Positions 38,786-51,226 of a stretch of 64,000 nucleotides of DNA are shown here, one piece after another (positions within the stretch are counted from its first letter, which is position 1; every line of letters starts with the position of its first letter). Source of the stretch: Bilabrum cf. latius. Its lineage: Eukaryota. The DNA lies in NCBI GenBank assembly GCA_965178125.1, contig OZ237750.1, forward strand, positions 682,001-746,000, in the 5' to 3' direction. Under the pieces are notes generated by a model. The model did not search any database and had not been told where the DNA came from. It saw only the letters and a program-made list of their open reading frames with translations. The translations under genes were made by a program, and so were the position numbers.

Positions 38786-40281
38786 ATGCCTGTCGCAGGT
38801 GTCGAAAGCTGGCAGGAAGATGAGGATTATTCCAAGGAGGAGGTTGTAGATGCCGTCGAGATGCACGACAAGCTGGAGGGCGACGCGCTTCCCGGCTACG
38901 CAGAGTTTCAGTGGAGCAAGTCCGAGGAACCGCATCAAATCCGCCGCCGGGCACTCATCAAGGCACATCCTGAGGTTAGATAGATACATTGATGGCATAT
39001 ACTCTGTTTCTTTAGCCATGAGCGCGCCTATCCCGTGCCATTCGCTTCCGTTCGACTGCACATCAACCGCGCATCTCAACGTCTCGGCAAATGCATCGCA
39101 GGTGCTGAAGCTTGTTGGCCCCGACATTGCAACTGCGTACTGGACAGCTGGGTTTGTTTCAATCCAGCTCTTCCTTGCGTACCAAGTCAGGAACATCGAT
39201 TGGGCATACATTGTCCTGGTGGCTGCGACAATCGGAGGACTGCTCGCCCAGAGCTTGACCCTCGCAATGCACGAGATTTCGCACAACCTGGCATTCCGAA
39301 CACAGTTCCCCAACCTTGTGCTCGGGATCTTTGCCAATCTTCCAATGGGCCTCCCAGCATTCGGGTGAGATCCGCAGGGCGTCGCCTCGTGCTATCCGGT
39401 GCAAGTGTTTGCAGAACTCCGCCTGCCCTGGAGTCGCCCAGCAGCCCTGTATTCGAACTTGTCACAACCACAACAATTCTTAAACTATTCGCAGAACCTT
39501 CCGGCGGTACCACCTGGAGCACCACAAGTACCAGGGCGAGCACGGCGTGGACGTGGACGTCCCGACCAAGATGGAGGCGCAGATCTTCCGCTCCCGCCCC
39601 ATGAAGTTCCTGTGGATGTTCCTGTAGCCCGCATTCTACTCTTTGCGCCCGCTGGTGGTGAGCCCGAGGGCCCCCGGCGCCGTGGAGATCGCCACCGTGA
39701 TCAGCCAGGTCACCTTTGACGCTGCCGTGTACTTTTTCTGGGGCCCCAAGGCCCTGACCTACCTGATCATCTCCACGCTGCTGGGCATGGGACTTCACGT
39801 GATGGCGGGGCACTTCGTGGCCGAGCACGCGGCCATGGTGCGCGGGCAGGAGACGTACTCATACTACGGCCCCCTCAACATCTTCGCCTTCAACGTGGGA
39901 TACCACAACGAGCACCATGACCTCGCGGGGGTGCCGTGGACCAGGCTGCCCCAGCTGCGCGCCATGGCTCCCGAGTTCTACGAGCTGCCGCAGCACCATT
40001 CTTGGGCCAAGGTGGTGTACATGTGGATCATGGGCAGCGAGGCGCAGCAGGAGGCGGAGCAGGACAAGGAGGACCGCGTGGAGAGGACGAGGAGGGCGCG
40101 CTCGGGCTCCCGCGGGGGCAGCGACAGCGGCTCCGAGGTGAGCGATGCATTTGAGGAGCAGCTCGAGCAGGACCGCCGCGCCAGCGCGGCCGAGTATGGG
40201 CCCTTTTCTCGCGTGAAGCGGAACACGCTCAGCGACAAGCAGCGCCGCATCATCGAAAAGATGGACAAGCGGAGGGCGTGA
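38786..40281 (+). CDS. DEGS1: Sphingolipid delta-4 desaturase (DES1 family), 412 aa
   Basis: Exons 38786-38974, 39102-39364 and 39495-40281. N-terminal EEPHQIRRRALIKAHPE, His boxes HEISH, HLEHH and HNEHH, and ETYSYYGPLN. TAG at 39625 in FLWMFL[TAG]PAFYSLRPL. Ends at TGA. Confidence 0.95.
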
Positions 40282-40456
40282 GCGGTAGCTCTGCTATGCT
40301 TACATTCAATACGCGCATGCCTTATGATCGGATGCCGTCTGCCAGCTGTGTACTTCGCGCCACAAGACAATTCTCAATCAGCAGGATGTGTGACGACTGG
40401 TGGTGCACTGCACGTCAGACGTAGCGCGTGCACACGTTTCGGCGCACATATCGACG

Positions 40457-43400
40457 ATGCGATTACGCATGCTCCCATTGGTAGTTGCAATAGCTGTTCC
40501 CACGGTGTTTGCTTACAGTAGTGGGTACAATGGCGGCTTTGGCTGCGTGTCGAATCCACAGGGACCCCACGGAGGCGGCTCGAGCTCCTCGACGTTCGAC
40601 CTCAAGCTGTACTCTGATTCGACATGCTCAACTGAACTAACTAGCGGATACGATGGAGAATCATCGTCCGATGTGTATCTCTGCCTGTCTAATACAGATG
40701 GTTCATCGACAATGCGGGGCGTGTGGATGTTTGCATACCCCGATGGCTCATCCCCAACGACTACAAACGTAGGCACCAGCTTTGTAGGGTCACTTCTAGC
40801 CGGAACAGGCAGCAGCAATATGTGAGGCTGCCTTAATTTCCCCACTGGCTTGCCTTGACCCTCATCGTGACTGTCGATTCGGCCCGAGTACTGACTATGA
40901 TATCGCAGCAAGACCGTGAGTGGATGCAACGGAGTTACACACCTGAACGCCAACAGCAAGACCGACATGGTAATTCGATGGCAGCCACCTGATGTTGGAA
41001 CGGGCGATATTATGTTTAGGATGCACATCGTGTATTCTGGAACAAGCTACTATACGATAGAGAAGAAAATCGTGGAGAAGTTCGTGGTGTCTACTACAAC
41101 GCTGAGCGGAGTTACAATAGATGCCGGGACCAACTAGATCACCGCTACGTTTAGCGGCATTGTCAAGAGTGCGGCGAATGGAAATTTGGATGCGACCGCC
41201 TTCTCGCTGTCCTCCACCGGTGGCACCGCAACCGTGACTGGAATATCCTCCGTTACGCGAGGTGCCAGCAGCAGGATTTGGGTCATAGTCCCGACCATTA
41301 CAGGGACTATCGACGGCACTGAAAGCGTGCAGATTACCCTGGCGAGCCGCGCCTCGGTGAGGGACAATTTCAGTCGCTGGGTGCCCCTGCCGGACCCCGT
41401 GCCCACTGTCACCTTGGCAGCACCAGCTGCCAGCCCCACCCCATCCACCACGGCCTCGGCGACACCGACCCCGTCAACGACCACAGCAGCGTCATCCAGC
41501 GTGACCCCGAGCATCTCCAGCTCACCATCGACGACGAGCTCCGCCACCCCCACCCCTAGCACAACGAGCACGCCGTCGGCAACGGCGACCAGCAGCCCAT
41601 CCACTGGCGCGTCGGCCAGCGCAACGCCAACTTCATCCACGACGGCATCCGCATCAGCTTCTCCGTCGACGACAGCATCAGCATCGCCAACGTCGTCCAC
41701 ATCTCCGAGCCCCAGCCCGAGCACGTCCGTCTCGGCCTCGTCCAGCCCCTCTGCCTCGGCCAGCGTGACGGCCTCCCCCTCTGCGTCCAGTTCGGCCTCG
41801 CCCAGCACTAGCACCAGCCCTACGCCGTCCAACCTGCCACAGGGCAGCGCGGTGCAGTTCCCCGCTGACAATGTGGTGCCCATCGGGGGCGACACCAGCG
41901 ACCCGGTCATGAAGCTCAGGTGGAGGCTGGAGGATGCCCAGGGCAGCGAGTTCGTGGCCGGCACCAGCACCGAGCAGCCCACGCACGTGCGCATGTCGCT
42001 GGAGCTGCAGCAAGCGGCCCCCGCGGACACGGAGTGGGTGGGGCTGGCCCAGTCGTCCAGCGGACTGATGCTGGGTGGGGGCACCGGCCGGGCCGTGGTG
42101 GGGCTGCTGGGGCAGAACCCGCCGCGGGTGCTCCCGTTCGACATGGTGAGCACGAGCGGTGGCAAGACCGCCGTGCTGTCGAGCGAGGCCTCTGGCAATC
42201 TGTTCGAGGCCGGTGATTCTGCCTTCGCGGGCTCTCCTCCCGTGGGATCGCAGGCGCTCGAGGATGGCGCCAGGGCCGTGGTGGTCGTGCGCCGACCGCT
42301 GGGGGATGCCGAGGGTGCCATTGCGGGGAGTGCTATCGATGGTGCGTGGTCTGCAGAGGAACAAGCCAGCACCGGCTTCATCTGGGCCATGGGACGCATG
42401 GATGCGCAAGGCGGCAGCTCTGGTGATGCCATCGGATACCACACGTCGCGTGGGACCGGCAGCGTGGTGCTTCGGCCGGCTGTGGTCTGCGACAATACCG
42501 TGGTGTGCTCTGGGCGTGGCAGGTGCGACGTGGTGCAGTCTGCCAGCGGGGGCTTGCAGTGCGTGTGCGACCCAGGCCACGCCGGCTCCAGCTGTAGCGA
42601 GTGCGCGGCTGGGTTCGCCCTGGATGCCGCAAGCGGGCGGTGCCGACTGCCCCCTCAGGGGGCTGATCCTGGTGCCAAGGGGCCTGGTGCAGTGTCTCGC
42701 GTGGTGCTCGGGCTGCGACTAGCCGTTGACTTCGACCAGGACTACGAGTCGGACCCGGATGCCTTTGAGATGCAATTCGCCGCCGATGTGTCGGGGGCTC
42801 TGGGCATCGAGTCGTCTCGCGTGCTGGTGGAGTCCGTGGAGCGCGGCAGCGTGGTGGTGCGCTTCAGCATCTAGCCAGGCGCCAACGACACCGCTGCGAG
42901 CTACAACGACCTGGTGGTCGATCTGAGCGCTCAAGTCAACAACGCGAGCAGCCCCCTGCAGTCCCAGGGCACGCTGACGTCGAGCGTCGCGGCAGGCAGC
43001 CTGAATGTGTTGGGCTTTGTGCTGCCCGAGGCCCCTCGCACTGGGTTCGCCGACATGGCAGACAGCTCGTTCGCCTCCCAGCAAGAGCTGCTGGACGGCC
43101 TGCAGATGATGTGGAGCCTGACCGACAGTGAGGTGCCCGGCGGCGGTTCTGCCGTTGTGTCTGGGTCGGGCAGTGACCCCGCCGGGCAGTACCTGCACGC
43201 TCGGCTTGTGCACGACCGATCGTCAGGTTGGTTCGCCCTGGGCTTCAACCCCAGCGATGCCGCCATGCCGGGGGCCCATTCCGTGGTGGCCACGCTCGGG
43301 GCGGCATCGAGCGAGGAGGCAGTGCGAGAGTACGACCTGACGGCGAGGTCTGGCTTCGGGTCTGGGATCCGGCGGGATGCGGAGAGCAGCGTGAGCAATA

Positions 43401-44524
43401 CGAGGCTGTACGAGCGGAACGGCAGCTGGGTGATGGAGTTCACGCGGGCCCTGGACACGGGCGACTCGGGCGACCACGTGCTGCCCGCGGGCGGATCTGA
43501 AGGGGAGCTGTTCATGCTGGTGGCCAGGCACGGGTCAGCCGACAGCATCGAGTCGAGCGGGGCGCACAGCCTGGCCGGCCGCTCCGTGGTGAGTGTGGAC
43601 CTGAGCACAGGTGCGGTGGAGGCTGTGGCATTGGCAGGGCTGATCGTGGCGCACGGCGTGATGATGGGCCTGGCTTGGGCCGTGTTGGTGCCCACTGGAA
43701 TCCTGGCTGCCCGGTTTTGCAAACGCGTCGGCGCAAGCCCGCCCAACATTGAGCGGATCAAGAGCGCACACGTGCAGTCCGTGAGAGGAAGAGGGGGAGC
43801 CGTACCTGCTGCTGACATACCTACGGGCCCACGTGTGAGCCTGTAGCATGTCGCGCAGGCAAACCCTGGTCCCGCGTCAGGGTTGCAGAAGAGCCACCCC
43901 GCAGACGTTCCGAGTGGAGCTAGCGCACCTTCCAACGATGCCAAGGTCGCAGATGCGAACAAGGCGGCAAGGCGCGCCGCGCCAGCGTCGGTTCCGTGCT
44001 GGTTCCGCACCCACCAGGTGGCACAGGGCCTCGCCGTTGTGCTGACCCTGATTGGCTTCGCGGTGATCCTCGCTCACGTGGGCTCCGGTGAGCACTTCAC
44101 GAGCGGGCACTCTGTGATTGGGCTCGTGGTGGTGCTGATGGCGCTGTGCCAGGGGGTACTGGGGGCCGTGCGACCGCACAAGGGAGACGACTGGAGGGAG
44201 GCTTGGGAGTGGGCGCACAAGGGGCTCGGCTACGCGGCATGCGTGCTTGGCCTGGTGGCGGTGGTCCTCGGCGCAGGCCTGGCATCCGACAAGGCCGGCA
44301 TTCCTCGCGGAGGGTGGGTAGGCGTGACGGCGGCAGCGGCGGCCGTGTGGGCTGTGGCTTACATTACGCTGGCTGTCGTGTACGCCGTGTGCATCCCGAC
44401 TGGGTCGAACGGGTGCGACCCCAAGCCAGTGAACGGGGAGACTGTCGTGCAGGTCCCCTCGCACCAGCAGGCTGTGCAGGTGAACGCTGCCGGTGATGGC
44501 GCGAATCCTGCCGAGCAGGCGTGA
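40457..44524 (+). CDS. Reeler + Ser/Thr mucin stalk + DOMON/EGF + cytochrome b561 protein (ferric-chelate reductase FRRS1/SDR2-like), copy 1
   Basis: Signal peptide. Intron 40822-40908. Reeler motif GVTH..W.PP..G.I.FR, DOMON motifs WVGL and GWFALGFN, and b561 His motifs AHGVMMGLAW, WFRTHQ, HSVIGL and WAHKGLG. TAG at 41135, 42872 and 43844. Ends at TGA. Confidence 0.85.
41702..44359. repeat. Large inverted repeat, arm 1 (near-identical to ~55368-57838)
   Basis: About 41702-43732 and 43976-44359 match the reverse complement of about 55820-57838 and 55368-55752 with only scattered substitutions. Confidence 0.9.
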
Positions 44525-44653
44525 TACTGAACTGTGTTCCTACTATTTGCGTTTCGCTTGCCTCATCAATTTCAAAATCAGATACAATACCTTGTCAGCA
44601 GAACACCAAAAGAGAATCATGAACCACAGCCCTAGGGGCGTAGGCGGCGAGTA

Positions 44654-47600
44654 TCACCGGTCAAAGAGTGGGCACTCGTGCCAGCTGCCTTTGCCTTTGA
44701 AGTCTCCATGGCCGTTTGGCAGCAGCTTCCCGCAGCGGTAGCAGAACTAGGTTTTGCCCTTGCACGCGGGAGACTTGCACTTCATGCAGTTGCACCCCGC
44801 AGTCCTCTCGACCACCACTTCACACTTGGGACACTTCTTCGTCTTGTGCTGCTCCTGCCACCGCTTGAAGCTCTCATCCACCGTGCCGTTTTCTCGCTTC
44901 CACTCCTGGTACTAATCGCAAGTAGAGCCTTCGTGCCAGGGCACATCGCAGGACAGGCAAAATGCCTACTTGCAGTAGAGACAGTCCACCCGGGAAGCAC
45001 CTTCCTCCGACACGATGGGCGCGCCACACTTTTTGTTGGGGCAGTAGACCAGCTTGCCCATCGAAGACATCGCCGCCTCCGTCAGCAGCTGCTCGTACAG
45101 TTCCAACGTCTTCTTGCCATCCTCGGCATCTTCCAGGATGGCGTGCACGTCTCCGCCACCAATGGCGGCCTCGCATTCGGCGGAAAAGCACGTCACATTC
45201 GCGGAGTTGTCCTTGATGCTGCGTGTCACGTGATCCCTCACGCACCCGATGCAGGCCGTGTGCCCACATCCACCCACGTACACGTGGTCGAGCGAGTAGC
45301 CGCCCTCTGACCCGTCTGCCCCGGCCCCAAAGCAAATGTCACACATTGCCAGGAAAGGCTTTGATGCGGCCTACTTCCTCGTTACGCGAAGGTAGTTCCG
45401 GTTCCTTACCGCGACCTTGTTGCCTGACCGAATCATCTGCTCGATTTCACGCTGCTGGGCACGGAATATGGCACCATCTCTGCTTTCCTTGAGCCAGTGC
45501 ATCACCTTGGGCTTGCAGCGATGCATGGCTCGCCATCGCCGAATCGTCACAGTTTGTGCCCACACCTGTGAGACTCTGTAGAGAAGAATCCCGTGTTGCA
45601 GGGACTGCAAGGCTTGCCGCGCTGTTTGCTTGACTACTGAGCCAGGCCCGCCGTCACTCCCTCGCGAATCTGCTTTCTCGCCGTCCACTGCCTCGCGAAT
45701 CGTTTCAGAGTCCTCTCGACTCACTCGGAGGGACATGCTTGCAAGAGATCGAGCTCCCACATCAACGACATCGTCCAGTGTGCTGCCAGGCACCTGCGAC
45801 AAAGAGGCTCCGATGCTGCCGGCGGCTGGCGCGACAGACGTGACGCTATGAACTGGAATAGCCGCAGGTTCCGTTGCTGACGCACTTGGCGTTCTACCAT
45901 CGGCTGGCGTGCCGGCAGCTGCACCATACACGCCGGCAGTCCCACTTGACATTGGCATTACACCATGCACCGAGCCGAAACCGGGATTTGCGATCGCAGT
46001 GTAGGCGGGCGGTGGAGCGCACGCTCCAGGGGTGCCCACAGAAGCAGGCACAGCTGATCTCTCTGCTGATCCCGCTACAGATGGTCCGAACCCAGGAATA
46101 GCGACAGGTGCCACAGGCTTGCGCGTACCAGCTGCCGCGGCGGCCAGAGTGGAGCCCGATGAGGCTGCCATGGCGTCTTCGCTCTGTTCAGGCTCATGCT
46201 GCTCTGTTCCTTTGAGCGCTGCTATTTCCTTCGCCTGTTCGGCAGCCGTTGCGGACGCGTTCTCGCCCAGCGGGCCAATGGCTGTTCTCAGAGCTGGACA
46301 TGAAGCCTTGACAGCGCGAAGTACCACCCCGCACTGGTGCAGGAGGGCTCCAGTATGGGCCGCGTGGGACTCTCGTTCGTCCTGCAGCGTTTGTGCCAGG
46401 GCCTGGGACCGCATCCTCTCGCGAGCGAGGCAAGCGTACATCTACCTGGTGATATCATCCCTCTGTTCCCGCCTCTAACGGATCGCTTCGTCCGCCTGGT
46501 CGTGCGTCCGGAGCACCAGCGCGACCAGGTCGTCCTTGCTGGCAGCCTGCAGCACCGCCATGTCAGGCCGCTGCATGGGTTCAGCGATCGAGGTCTCCCT
46601 CGCCAGGGCAGCTGGGCGGTCGAGCGCAGCCGCCCCTGAAAAGGCACCAGCCCCCGACGCAGGACCAGGGATCGACAGTGTCCCTGCAGCGGTCGCGGAT
46701 GCTGCCGAGTCATCATGGTGGCCGCTGGACCCGCCCCGGGCTGCTGCCTCCTCTGCCTGGAACTGCGCTTGCAAGCGGGCTGCCATGGCCGCGTCAGAGT
46801 CAGCGCTGCTTTCGCTCGTTCCCGAAGGTACCCCTTCGTTTGGCCCAGCACCTAATCTTTGCCCATTCCCGCTTGGTCTGTCCTGCGCCGAGGCAGTCTC
46901 AACTGCGCCGGCAGCTTCCAGCGCGGTAGCACGCTCCTCTGCTTCTGCTCGCCGAAGCAGAGCAGGGGCTCTGATGTCGCGAACGGCTTGCATGCTCTCA
47001 TAAAGTGATTCATCACCAACCAGCAGTGCAAGTCGCTGAATTTCGAGAGGCTCCACGACTCTGGTGCACCGCTCATGGGCAAGCATTCGTCGGAGTTGCC
47101 GTTCCCACGGCACTTGCTGCGGTTTGTTGCCATCCAATTTCCCCGAGTCACCACTCCCATGCCCAAACGAGGATCTTGAAGTCTGCCCTTCTTCTCCATT
47201 GCCTACCGTTTCGTGACTCGTGTGCTCTGCTTCGCGCTCATCACTCGCAGACAAATGTGCAGCAGGGTCAGATCCAGCTGACAGCACGCCCCCAAGCCCA
47301 GACACCCAATCTACAATACCGGCTATTGCGGTTGAAGGCTCATTTTGACCGCGGGGATCAGCGCGGCGATCAGCCGCCGCAGGGTCGCTAGCACCACTGG
47401 CGGTCCTCGCAGAACCCGACGACCGGACGGCCGGCGTTCCTATTGAGCAATCTTGAAGCTGCGACGGTACAGGCAGGTCATTCTACTTTAAAAATTGCAC
47501 GAGATCAGTCGCCGATGGAGAGCTACCGTACACGCTCTTGGCAATGTCCCTGAATTCTGCCTGCATTGAACCGGATCGAGAACGAATCGCCAACATGCAT

Positions 47601-47831
47601 GCGTATGACTGTCGTTTCGTCATCGAGGATTACAGATTCATTTGTTTTACTGACTGGAATATATTCAATCGGGGCTCTCGACGCCGTCGCCGGCGGAACA
47701 GCTTGTTGAGGGGCTGGAACGGCAGCGCTGCTACCACGAGCCGGTCTTTGCGCCTGGCACATCTCGCACTGTACATGCGCAGCTGCGTTCTAGTATGTGC
47801 ATTGAGTGCAATTCCACTGATCGGTATTCAT
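44654..47831 (-). CDS. RBR (RING-IBR-RING) E3 ubiquitin ligase with N-terminal NZF/RanBP2 zinc finger (~1034 aa)
   Basis: WNCTQCTY[TAG]NAAAHVQCEMC at the N-terminus. Intron 47459-47531. RING1 CDIC..CGHTACIGC..C, IBR CPNKKC..CLYCK[TAG]AFCLSC..WHEGSTC, RING2 CPKC..GCNCMKC..T[TAG]FCYRC. 7 TAG in total. TGA at 44654. Confidence 0.88.
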
Positions 47832-48595
47832 ATTTACTGTACGAAGGCACTTGTAAGTAATCCAAGGTGCAATCCAGGCAAAGGGTGGCAGAACCGGAAC
47901 AGGAAAGTTGCTCGACCGCGCCAGTGCAACAAAACAAGCCGCACATTTTTGCAATCTTGCTGCATGTGTCAGAACTTTGAACGCGGGGGCAAATCCAGTG
48001 ATCAGGGAGGCGACAGGCGCCGCCATCGAGCCCGCAGCACTGTCGCCACAGTCGGATACCATGCCTCGCTGCCCTCAGCCAGATGGCATCCACCAGCAGC
48101 TGAGACTGCAGTCCCTCATCTGGTTTCTTAATCCACGCGAGATAGAACGCGTTGGGTGCTCGCGGACCCACCCGATGTACACGCGCCCAGACACTCGACA
48201 CCCCTCTTGGGGGCCAACCCTCCTGAGACCAGCCCTTTCACCTGATCCACCAGTAGATAAGCATCGTGCATGGTGCCATCATATGGAATGGGGCCAATAC
48301 TTGGCACCAATTGTCACCTCATACCTCATCTCCCAAGCCCTTTCCATAATGGACTCATCACAGTGCCTTAAAGCAGACGCTACTAGTGCCACTGTGGCAC
48401 TTGTAGTATGCCCAGCTGGTGGCGCTCAACGTCGCGACCCCGCACCTCGACAGATATAAAGCGGCCACCCCCCGGGGCGCGCGGCAGCGCCTGCCCTTGG
48501 TGGGAACTGCTTTTTGACGGAATGGTTGCCGTTTTTGAGCCTGGTGAATGCACCCATGTGCCTTCTGTAGCACACAAATCCGGAAAAGGCTAACT

Positions 48596-49087
48596 TCAGG
48601 CCGACTTCGATTTCGACCCGAGAAGAGCGTGGCCCAACACCCACAGAGCAACAATGACGTCAAATCCGATGCAGACGCCAGGATACCACTCCGGGACATG
48701 AGTTGCGTCTGGCATGGCCATGTGCCAAATGTCCCAGGCGGGGTGCGCAGCCCAGCCTGCGGCGGTCCAAACCCCACTGTATGTGATTCCCAACAACGCT
48801 ACGACACCATAAACCAAAACACCAACAGCCTCTGTAGCGTGCCACCGGGTGCTTTGATCTTCGTCGTCAAAAACCGAAGCAAACACAAATGCATTGTACA
48901 CAAGCGCCACTAGAACCAATGACAGCGACCAAAATACGACGGGCCGTTTGGGTAACATGAGGTATTGCAACAGTATTGCCCCAAACGCGAGTACAACGCC
49001 ACATATTATTTGCTCCGGCAAGCCTAGCGAAGCAGCGAATTTCGACAGCGCATTGAGTTCGAATCTGGAGAATTCTGAAACATCCAT
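48596..49087 (-). CDS. Small multipass membrane protein, DUF6010-like (163 aa)
   Basis: Motifs EAVGV..GWAAHPAWD..VPEWYPGVCIGFD resemble the mostly bacterial DUF6010 family (from memory). Intronless, ends at TGA. Confidence 0.65.
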   Translation of the reverse strand: MDVSEFSRFELNALSKFAASLGLPEQIICGVVLAFGAILLQYLMLPKRPVVFWSLSLVLVALVYNAFVFASVFDDEDQSTRWHATEAVGVLVYGVVALLGITYSGVWTAAGWAAHPAWDIWHMAMPDATHVPEWYPGVCIGFDVIVALWVLGHALLGSKSKSA

Positions 49088-49426
49088 CGGGGTAACCGCG
49101 AATATATTTACAAAGAAGTTCAAATGCAGATTGATTGGCCGCTTTTGCCGCTGAGGAGGGTTGCAGGAATCGTGGAAGGTTTGCTGGTATATTTGGTTAG
49201 TAAGGTACTATTTTGAAGGATCCCCTCGAGCGGCCTGGAACGCATTCAAACACGCTGGAATGCTCGGTCTTCGTGGATCAGTGTTGAGAAAGGCTGTTCG
49301 TAAGAGTGTTTGCTACTCTGTGTTTCCAGATTGCTGTCGTACATACCCGCGAATATCCTACTAAAGCTCTAGTTTGTCGTTCGCACCTTGCAACAATCAC
49401 GGGTCGCAGATGGAGCGAGAAGTTCC

Positions 49427-51044
49427 ATGCTGGCCCGCGCAATGAGCACTCGTGCTGCAGCTGGATTGGACGCGAAGGTGACTGCGGTGCTTGGTTCTCA
49501 GTGGGGGGATGAAGGCAAGGGAAAGCTTGCCGATGTGCTCGCGGAAGGCTACGATATCGTCGGTAGGTTCAATGGCGGTGCTAACGCAGGACACACAGTG
49601 GTGGTGGGCGACAAGAAGTTTGCTTTCCATTTGTTGCCTTGCGGGCTTGTTTATCCCCACACCAAGAATATCCTGGGGAACGGAACCGTAGTTAGCTTGT
49701 CCGGCCTCTACGAGGAGCTTGCCCCACTCGACCAGGAAGGAATCTCTTGGGAAGGAAGGCTCTTCTTGTCGGACCGCGCGCATGTGCTGTTTGACTTCCA
49801 CCAAGAGGTGGACGGCGTTCTCGAGGCTCGCCGCGTGGGAGCGGGCGGCAAGATGATCGGCACGACCAAGAAGGGCATCGGCCCTTGCTACACCTCCAAG
49901 ATGCAGAGGAATGGTGTTCGTATGGGCCAGCTGAGAGACTGGGACACGTTCGCCAATGTGTACAGGCAGCTGGCCACGGACACGGCCGCCCAGTACGACG
50001 TGGACATCGACGTGGAGGGCGGGCTGGAGCAGTTCAAAGAGCTCAGGGACCGGGCCCTCCCTATGATCGTTGATGGGGTGCAATTCGTCAACCAGGCCTA
50101 CAACGACGGCAAGCGGATCATCACCGAGGGCGCCAACGCCGCCATGCTGGACGTGGACTACGGGACCTATCCATTCGTGACCTCCAGCTCCACCACGGCC
50201 GGGGGGGTCAGCACCGGGCTGGGGCTCGCGCCCAGGAAACTAGAGTGCGTGATCGGGGTCATGAAGGCGTACACCACGCGCGTGGGCGCGGGACCGTTCC
50301 CCACTGAGCTGACGGACGAGCGCGGCGGCGGTGACCGGGAGCTGAACAGCGCCGAGACCGACATTGGCCTGCACATGCAGAACGTGGGGTTCGAGTACGG
50401 CGTGACGACTGGTCGCAAGCGCCGGTGCGGCTGGTTCGATGCGGTGGTGGGTCAGTACTCGCACATGATCAACGACTACAGCTCCATCAACCTCACGAAG
50501 CTCGACGTGCTGGACGACTTGGAGGAACTCAAGATCGGTGAGCAAGTGCTTGCTCGCTCGCTCGCTGGCGAGCTGGTTGCATAGATTTTGTACCCCCGGC
50601 CTAATTTTTGCCCGTCCTGTGCTCCGTATCTACCCCTTTTCGTGCTTGCTGTCGACTTTTGTCGATCACCGCAGCAACCGCTTATCACATCAACGGGGAG
50701 CGCCTGCCAGTCGGCTCGATGCCATCCACGCTGGAAGACCTTGCCAAGGTGGAGGTCGAATACGAGAGTGAGATTTCGTGTCTTTGTTTGGTCTTTGTTT
50801 CTACGTCTTGGTGCGCATTGGTCATGCGTCTGCTCAACCAACGCACAGTGGCAGCTTTATTATTGGCCTCGTTATCGCAGCTGTACCGGGCTGGAAGCAG
50901 AACACGGTGGGCACAACCGAATGGGACGAGTTGCCCGAGAACGCGCGCAAGTATGTAGAGCGTATCGAGCACCACGTCGGGGCCCCAGTATCTTGGATCG
51001 GAACAGGGCCTGGTAGAGATGAGATGGTTCGCAAGGGATTCTGA
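49427..51044 (+). CDS. ADSS: Adenylosuccinate synthetase (455 aa)
   Basis: QWGDEGKGK, GGANAGHT, IGTTKKGIGP, GTYPFVTSS, KAYTTRVG, GVTTGRKRRCGW and LTKLDVLD. Exons 49427-50537, 50675-50767 and 50881-51044. No in-frame TAG. Ends at TGA. Confidence 0.97.
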
Positions 51045-51226
51045 TCCGCACTCGCATTTGATACTCCCCAGTGGAGCTATACCGCGAAAGTAGCCAAATT
51101 GCAGTGACCTCAACTATGTGTTGTAATCTTAGGCAATGCATTGGAATGCATCATCGGCGACAATTCGGAGTGCCCACACTCCCATCGCCGCATGGGCCTA
51201 TAATAAATTGTCTGAGGCCATACTCG

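Noticed and set aside
29000-39660. TAGs as acceptor ends of tiny introns
   Set aside because: Protein homology runs continuously up to and past each TAG, with no consistent upstream GT donor. The well-supported introns here are about 70-260 nt and compositionally distinct.
47900-48590. Short ORFs between the RBR and DUF6010-like genes
   Set aside because: The minus-strand frame tested is still closed by TGA even with TAG read-through, and I recognised no domain.
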